A DNA stretch of 57,666 bases. Origin: Mollicutes bacterium (GTDB taxonomy: Bacteria > Bacillota_I > Bacilli_A > RF39 > UBA660). A program made the translations under genes and the position numbers. Below, one piece after another: positions 52,901 through 57,666 of the stretch; within the stretch, counting starts at the first letter, position 1, and each line of letters opens with the position of its first letter. Where the stretch lies: assembly GCA_012841205.1 (NCBI GenBank), contig DUVE01000004.1:1-57666 (forward strand), read 5' to 3'. The notes beneath the pieces are model-generated. The model ran no database searches. It was not told the DNA's origin and saw nothing but the letters and a program-made list of their open reading frames with translations.

Positions 52901-53598
52901 TTCAAGGAACTGTTACAAGTGTTGAAAACAACGGTGGCAGATTCAAAATCGTTGTTGCAAATGATGTGGATACTAAAGAACATTTGACCAATTATGGTGC
53001 AAAAGTTAGAGTATCGGTTGGAACTAAGGTTGATGCAGGAGATAAACTTACAGAAGGGAACATTAATCCAAAGGAATTACTAGCAGTGACTGATCCAATT
53101 ACTGTTCAAGAGTATATTTTAAAGGAAATCCAAAAGATATATTCATCACAAGGTGTTGGTATTTCAGATAAGCACATCGAAGTAATGGCAAGGAGAATGA
53201 TTTCTCGCATAAGAGTTGTTGATCAAGGTGATACAGACTTACTTATGGGTAAATTAGTATATATTAACGAATTTACTGAAGCCAATAAAGATGTTATTTT
53301 AAAAGGTAAGAAGCCTGCAACTGGTCGTCCTATCTTATTAGGTATAACAAAAGCGTCTCTTGAAACTGATTCATTCTTATCAGCCGCTTCTTTCCAAGAA
53401 ACAACTAGAATTTTAACAGATGCAGCTATAAAAGGAAAAGTAGATAGACTACAAGGCTTAAAGGAAAACGTAATTATAGGTAAATTAATTCCAGCTGGAA
53501 CTGGAACAGCAAAATATTCACAAGTTGAATTTGAACTTGAAAATGAATATATGGATGCTGATCCACTAGACGTTTTAGAAGAAAGTTTAATGGAATAA
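49963..53598 (+). CDS. rpoC: DNA-directed RNA polymerase subunit beta-prime
   Basis: 1211 aa; Zn-binding CxC...CxxC N-terminus; catalytic NADFDGDQM. Confidence 0.98.
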   Translation: MDANKFSALKIAIASPEKIRSWSYGEIKKPETINYRTLKPERDGLFCEKIFGPTKDYECSCGKYKKVRYKGIVCDKCGVEVTKAKVRRERMGHIELATPVSHIWFFKGTPSRMGLLLDMSPRDLEEVLYFVSYVVTDPGITPLQKKQTLSDKEYNAYYEKYGDSFKVGMGAEAIRQLLSEINIQEELDKLNEELETAQSQKRIRLLKRLDVIDSFASSGNKPEWIILDALPVLPPELRPMIQLDGGRFATSDLNDLYRRVINRNNRLKKLLELNAPSIIVRNEKRMLQEAVDALFDNGRRGRSITGANNRPLKSLSNMLKGKQGRFRQHLLGKRVDYSGRSVIVVGPDLKMYQCGLPKEMALELFKPHIIHELVKREIIHNIKSAKKMIENQDPRVWDVVEDVIKEHPVLLNRAPTLHRLGIQAFEPKLVSGRAIRLHPLVTTAFNADFDGDQMAVHVPLSEEAKAEARILMLGANNILNPKDGKPIVTPTQDMILGNYYITIEKNGLEDQGRVFKNTNEALMAYDRREISLHTRIAIPVNSFKYKVFIEEVKNKYLITTVGKIKFNEILPDSFQYISEATTENIEGITPSKYFVDNLENINEKIENIIIPEPFNKKALEAIIAQIFKRYKTTETSIMLDKLKDLGFKYSTKAGITFSVSDIKVSEKKAEIINEGDKTVEKINKQYARGLITESERYTRVIETWNAAKKKIQEELNEVAKTDLDNPIFVMMNSKARGSIAQFTQLAGMRGLMAKPGGGEIEIPIKSSFKEGLSVAEFFISTHGSRKGSADTALKTADSGYLTRRLVDVVQDVIVREEDCGSIQGVVAKDLVDERAGTVDLIEKMIDRILGRYTNKKVINPETKEVIVEKGVMITENIAEKIEKAGVKAVEIRSVLTCKTRNGVCQKCYGRNLATGNLVEIGEAIGIMAAQSIGEPGTQLTMRTFHTGGVAGGEDITQGLPRVQELFEARDPKGKSTISEIQGTVTSVENNGGRFKIVVANDVDTKEHLTNYGAKVRVSVGTKVDAGDKLTEGNINPKELLAVTDPITVQEYILKEIQKIYSSQGVGISDKHIEVMARRMISRIRVVDQGDTDLLMGKLVYINEFTEANKDVILKGKKPATGRPILLGITKASLETDSFLSAASFQETTRILTDAAIKGKVDRLQGLKENVIIGKLIPAGTGTAKYSQVEFELENEYMDADPLDVLEESLME

Positions 53599-53600
53599 AG

Positions 53601-53630
53601 GAAAGGCTATTGCTTTTCGTTTATCCTTTT
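53601..53630 (+). terminator. Hairpin plus T-rich tail after rpoC
   Basis: GAAAGGC / GCTTTTC 7-bp stem (one G-U), TATT loop, T-rich tail. Confidence 0.45.
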
Positions 53631-53676
53631 CAAATATTCTAACAATGTGTTACTATTTTGATATAGAGGTGAAATA

Positions 53677-53889
53677 ATGGAAACATTTTTAATGATAATA
53701 TCAATTTTATTGATAACAATTATTTTATTACAAAGTGGTAAAGCTGAAAGTAGCTCACAAATTATTATGGGTGGAAATTCAGATTTATTTAGTAATAGAA
53801 AAGAACGTGGTGGAGAACTATTTATCAGTAGATTAACGCTGATTTTAGGTATTACCTTCTTTACTTTATGTCTAGTATTATCTTTTTAA
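53677..53889 (+). CDS. secG: Preprotein translocase subunit SecG
   Basis: 70 aa; two TM; LLQSGKAE...GG motif. Confidence 0.88.
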   Translation: METFLMIISILLITIILLQSGKAESSSQIIMGGNSDLFSNRKERGGELFISRLTLILGITFFTLCLVLSF

Positions 53890-53891
53890 CG

Positions 53892-53925
53892 AAAAAGGCT
53901 TATAAAAAAGCCTTTTTTATTTTAT
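53892..53925 (+). terminator. Rho-independent terminator after secG
   Basis: AAAAAGGCT / AGCCTTTTT 9-bp stem followed by TATTTT. Confidence 0.8.
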
Positions 53926-53947
53926 AATGAATATAAGGAGATGTTTT

Positions 53948-56074
53948 ATGGAAAATACAATCTTGGAAATATTAAAAGATAATTCGCGTGCCTTGTCTGT
54001 CTACCAGATTAATGATTTGTTAGATTTAAAAAGTTCTGATGAATTAAAGGAACTTCAAATTGTCTTAAATAAGATGGTAAATGATATGAAGATATGCCAA
54101 AGTAAAAAAGGTAAGTATTTATTATTTGAAAATAGCCATTACAAAATAGGAAGATTATCAATTCACAGAAGTTATAATTTTGGTTTTGTTGAAGGCGAAG
54201 GTTTCCCTGACATTAAAATTGATGCAAGGGATTTTAATGATGCTAAACATAGAGATATGGTTGTAGTAGAAACTAGCAAAAAAAATCCTACTGAGGGCAA
54301 AATAATTAAGGTAATAGAAAGAGATCATTCAAACCTTGTTGGAGAGTTTTATATTGAAAATGGAATTGGCTTTGTAAAAATGGACAACACCAGATACAAG
54401 GACTATTTAATTGATCTAAATGATAGTAAGGGTGCAGTACCAGGACATAAGGTTTATGTTAGAAAAATAGAAGATTTACCAAATGGTAAACAAAAAGGAG
54501 AAATCATTAAAATAATAGGTCATAAAGATGATGTTGGAGTAGATATATCATCAATTGTTTATGAGTATGGTATTCCGATTGATTTTAATGATGATGTAGA
54601 AAAAGAACTTGAGGATATTCCTACTTCAGTTACAGAATCCGATCTAGTAGGAAGAAGAGATTTAAGAGGAGAGACGATTGTTACAATTGATGGCGCGGAT
54701 GCTAAAGATTTTGATGATGGTATCTCTATTAAGAAATTGCCAAATGGTCATTATATGTTAGGTGTTCATATTGCTGATGTTTCCCATTATGTAAAAGAAG
54801 ATAGTGCTATAGGCAAGGATGCTCATGAAAGAGGTACGAGTGTATATTTAGTGGACAGAGTAATTCCTATGTTGCCACACCAATTGTCTAATGGCATATG
54901 TTCGTTAAATGAAGGAGTCGATAGGTTAACTTTATCTTGTGAAATGGAGATAGATCCTAATGGTAATATTAGAAACTATGATATTTATACAGCTGTAATT
55001 AATTCTAAAAAGAGGATGACGTACAAGGATGTCAATGCTATATTAGAAAATAACGAAAAGGTAGAGGGGTACGAATCTTTTGAAGACAATTTGCATCTAA
55101 TGAGTGATTTAGCAGATGCATTAAGAGAAAACATGAAGAGAAGAGGATACCTTGACTTTGATACAGACGAGATGAAGATAATAGTTGATAAGGAAGGAAA
55201 CCCAATTGAAATAACAACAAGAGATAGAGGTACTGGAGAGAAGATCATTGAGATGTTTATGATAGCTGCTAATGAAGCAGTTGCAACATATGTACACTGG
55301 CTTGAAAAGGAAATGATTTATCGTGTGCATGAAATACCTGATGAAAAGAAAATCCAAGAGCTTATAAACTTTCTTAGTGGTTATGGTATAAAGTTAGATG
55401 GTAAGAGTAAAAGATTTACATCTAAATTGATGCAAGAGGTATTATCCATTTTTTCTGAAATGGAAGCAAAAGAAGTTTATTCAAGTATAGCTTTAAGATC
55501 TATGAAAAAAGCACGCTATAGTCCTGACAATTTAGGTCACTTTGGACTAGGGAGCAAACTTTATACACACTTTACATCGCCTATTAGAAGGTTGCCTGAT
55601 TTAATTGTGCATCGTATAATTAAAAATTCATTACAAATTAAAGGATTTGATAAAAATTACACATATGACCAATTAGCAGTATGGGCAGAACATGCATCTT
55701 TTACAGAAGATCGTTCGGTAAAATGTGAACGTGCAGTTGAAAAATATGAGGCAGCTCGTTATATGGAAGATCATATTGGTGAAGAATATGAAGCTGTTAT
55801 TTCTGGTGTAACAAGAGATGGTATTTGGATACAACTTAAAAATCTAATAGAAGGCTTAATTAAAATAAGCGAAATTGGTAAGGATTATTATGATTATGAT
55901 GAAAAACTATTACTTATAAAGGGACGAAAAACTGGTAGAATATATAAAATTGGCGATAAAGTAGAGGTTGTTGTAACAGGTGCATCTAGAGAGACAAGCG
56001 AAATAGATTTTGCTTTTGTCAAAAAAGATAAAGGAAGTGATGGTATTGAGAAAAAAAAGAAGCTTAAACGTTAA
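53948..56074 (+). CDS. rnr: Ribonuclease R
   Basis: RNB domain (DGADAKDFDDG, HIADVSHYV), C-terminal S1 domain and Lys-rich tail; SD AAGGAGA before ATG 53948. Confidence 0.95.
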   Translation: MENTILEILKDNSRALSVYQINDLLDLKSSDELKELQIVLNKMVNDMKICQSKKGKYLLFENSHYKIGRLSIHRSYNFGFVEGEGFPDIKIDARDFNDAKHRDMVVVETSKKNPTEGKIIKVIERDHSNLVGEFYIENGIGFVKMDNTRYKDYLIDLNDSKGAVPGHKVYVRKIEDLPNGKQKGEIIKIIGHKDDVGVDISSIVYEYGIPIDFNDDVEKELEDIPTSVTESDLVGRRDLRGETIVTIDGADAKDFDDGISIKKLPNGHYMLGVHIADVSHYVKEDSAIGKDAHERGTSVYLVDRVIPMLPHQLSNGICSLNEGVDRLTLSCEMEIDPNGNIRNYDIYTAVINSKKRMTYKDVNAILENNEKVEGYESFEDNLHLMSDLADALRENMKRRGYLDFDTDEMKIIVDKEGNPIEITTRDRGTGEKIIEMFMIAANEAVATYVHWLEKEMIYRVHEIPDEKKIQELINFLSGYGIKLDGKSKRFTSKLMQEVLSIFSEMEAKEVYSSIALRSMKKARYSPDNLGHFGLGSKLYTHFTSPIRRLPDLIVHRIIKNSLQIKGFDKNYTYDQLAVWAEHASFTEDRSVKCERAVEKYEAARYMEDHIGEEYEAVISGVTRDGIWIQLKNLIEGLIKISEIGKDYYDYDEKLLLIKGRKTGRIYKIGDKVEVVVTGASRETSEIDFAFVKKDKGSDGIEKKKKLKR

Positions 56075-57245
56075 AAAGGTTTTATTAGCATTATTACTTT
56101 TGGTAGTAATGTTTGGTAGTGCTTTCCTTTTTCTAAAGGATAAGGATTTTTTCAAAGGTAAACCTAACAATTCAGATATAGAGGAAGAAGAAAAGGAACC
56201 GGAAGAGGAAAAACCAAAGGAATATAGCTTGGATATGATTATGGTTGGAGATGTTTTAATTCATTCTTTAGTTTATAGGGACGCTAAAGTTGGTGATACT
56301 TATAACTTTATGCCAATGTTTGAAAATATTAAAGACACTATTGCAGAACATGATTTAGCTTTCTGTAATATGGAAACTCCTTTCGGAGGTAAAGAACTAG
56401 GTTATTCTGGATATCCTACATTTAATACGCCACATGAAATTGGAGATAATTTAATCGATCTGGGCTTTAATCTTTTTTCACTTGCAACTAATCATACTAT
56501 GGATAAGGGAGCTAAAGGTGCAATAAATTCGCTTAATTATTGGAATAGTAAGGAAAATATTTTAACAGCAGGATCATATCTTTCGGAAGAGGCAAGAAAA
56601 GAAGTTAGAATAAGGGAAAAGAATAACATCAAATATACTATGTTAGCGTATCTTGGAACTTGGACTAATCACGCGCTTCCATCTAATCAACAATATTTAC
56701 TTAATATGTATGACAAAGAAAAGGTAAAAGCAGATATAGAAAGGGTGCGTGATGAAGTTGATTTACTAATTGTTTCAATGCACTGGGGCCAAGAATATAA
56801 GTTAGAACCAAATGCAAAACAAAGAGAGATGGCAGAGTATTTAGCGTCTTTAGGCGTTGATATAATTATTGGGCATCATACTCACTCTGTTCAACCTATA
56901 GAATATATTGGTAATACTCTTGTTTTCTATTCTTTAGGAAACTTTATTTCTAATCAACCAAATTATGATGATCTAATTGGTTTAATGCCGACACTTAAGG
57001 TAACTAAAACTGTAGATAAGGATAATAATGTTACAATGCAAATAAGTGATGTAGAGGCTAATTTGATATATACAGCATACGATGGTACGAGGTGTGAACT
57101 ATGTTATCATTCAAATTATAGAATAATTCCTTTTGGACAGTTAACACCTGAAATTCTACCACAATATAAAACATACTATGATAAATACAAAACAGTTTTA
57201 ACCAGCTTGGATCCTGATATTGTGGTTGGACCAATAGATGAATAG
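56040..57245 (+). CDS. CapA-family (PGA_cap) metallophosphoesterase-like membrane-anchored protein
   Basis: N-terminal TM; MVGDVLIH, ATNHTMDKG, SMHWGQEY, IIGHHTHSVQP, SLGNFIS motifs. Overlaps the rnr 3' end. The start is uncertain between 56010 and 56040. Confidence 0.82.
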   Translation: MVLRKKRSLNVKKVLLALLLLVVMFGSAFLFLKDKDFFKGKPNNSDIEEEEKEPEEEKPKEYSLDMIMVGDVLIHSLVYRDAKVGDTYNFMPMFENIKDTIAEHDLAFCNMETPFGGKELGYSGYPTFNTPHEIGDNLIDLGFNLFSLATNHTMDKGAKGAINSLNYWNSKENILTAGSYLSEEARKEVRIREKNNIKYTMLAYLGTWTNHALPSNQQYLLNMYDKEKVKADIERVRDEVDLLIVSMHWGQEYKLEPNAKQREMAEYLASLGVDIIIGHHTHSVQPIEYIGNTLVFYSLGNFISNQPNYDDLIGLMPTLKVTKTVDKDNNVTMQISDVEANLIYTAYDGTRCELCYHSNYRIIPFGQLTPEILPQYKTYYDKYKTVLTSLDPDIVVGPIDE

Positions 57246-57255
57246 GGTGATATAA

Positions 57256-57666
57256 GTGGAAATAAGCAATAAGAAGGCCACATATGATTATTTTGTTGAA
57301 GAAACCTATGAGGCGGGAATTGCTTTAAAGGGAACGGAAATAAAATCTATCAGAAATGGTAGTGCTAACTTAAAGGATAGTTATGCTGTTATAAAAAAAG
57401 GTGAAGCATATCTTTTGAATATGCATATTGCACCTTATGAAAAAGGAAATCAATTCAATCATGAAGAGAGAAGAACAAGAAAATTATTACTTCATAAAAA
57501 AGAAATAGATAAAATAGCAGGAAAGATCACAACTGAAGGTTATACATTAATACCTCTTAAGCTATACTTCAAAAAGAATAAAGTTAAAATTTTACTAGGT
57601 ATTGCTAAGGGTAAAAAGACATTCGATAAAAGAGAGACAATAAAGAAAAGGGATCTTGAAAGAGAA
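57256..57666 (+). CDS. smpB: SsrA-binding protein SmpB (3' end truncated by the window edge)
   Basis: GTG start 5 nt after AGGGTGA. Translation is ...[18 protein letters not shown]...[13 protein letters not shown]...[13 protein letters not shown]...[11 protein letters not shown]. Open to the last base of the window; absent from the ORF track because there is no stop. Confidence 0.92.
   Translation, partial: MEISNKKATYDYFVEETYEAGIALKGTEIKSIRNGSANLKDSYAVIKKGEAYLLNMHIAPYEKGNQFNHEERRTRKLLLHKKEIDKIAGKITTEGYTLIPLKLYFKKNKVKILLGIAKGKKTFDKRETIKKRDLERE

Overview
This is an AT-rich Bacillota chromosomal segment (about 30% GC judged by eye, not computed). I count 59 protein-coding genes, and 58 are on the + strand. 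Only a class A PBP at 4163-6085 is on the - strand. There is also a minimal SRP RNA, a Met-specific T-box leader and an L10 leader.

The content is almost entirely housekeeping and sporulation genes. They form a compacted concatenation of blocks that are origin-proximal in Bacillus subtilis: mnmG-rsmG-noc | PBP | ywiB-argS, rpoE, prfA-prmC-spoIIR, fba, murA, rpmE | mnmE | recF-gyrB-gyrA | ffs-tadA-dnaX-ybaB-recR-bofA-holB-ricT-trmN6 | pth-mfd-spoVT | dut-metG-tatD-yabE-like-rsmA-yabG-veg-spoVG-yabP-yabQ-divIC | mrnC-rlmB-sigH-orf | secE-nusG-rplKAJL-ybxB-rpoBC | secG-rnr-capA-smpB(partial). RNAP delta (RpoE), Noc, a very short SRP RNA and sporulation genes together suggest a spore-forming Bacilli/Erysipelotrichia-like lineage. 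That is inference only.

I saw no mobile elements, CRISPR arrays, tRNA/rRNA genes or recognisable defence/toxin genes. I do not see a convincing novel multi-gene system.

The most interesting signals:
1. Two perfect parS sites and one perfect Noc-binding site sit within about 100 bp downstream of gyrA. A second perfect NBS lies inside ybaB.
2. The only ParB-family gene in the window is Noc-type. It lacks the N-terminal membrane-targeting peptide, carries a ~190-aa low-complexity insertion, and has no soj/spo0J next to it.
3. An uncharacterised 216-aa ORF is translationally coupled to sigH, at the position where rpmG normally sits.
4. A Met T-box controls a dut-metG operon.
5. Synteny breaks around the expected oriC genes: mnmE directly abuts recF, with no dnaA/dnaN.

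Many ORF-track entries are over-extended at the 5' end (alternative starts). I corrected starts using Shine-Dalgarno spacing and conserved N-termini.
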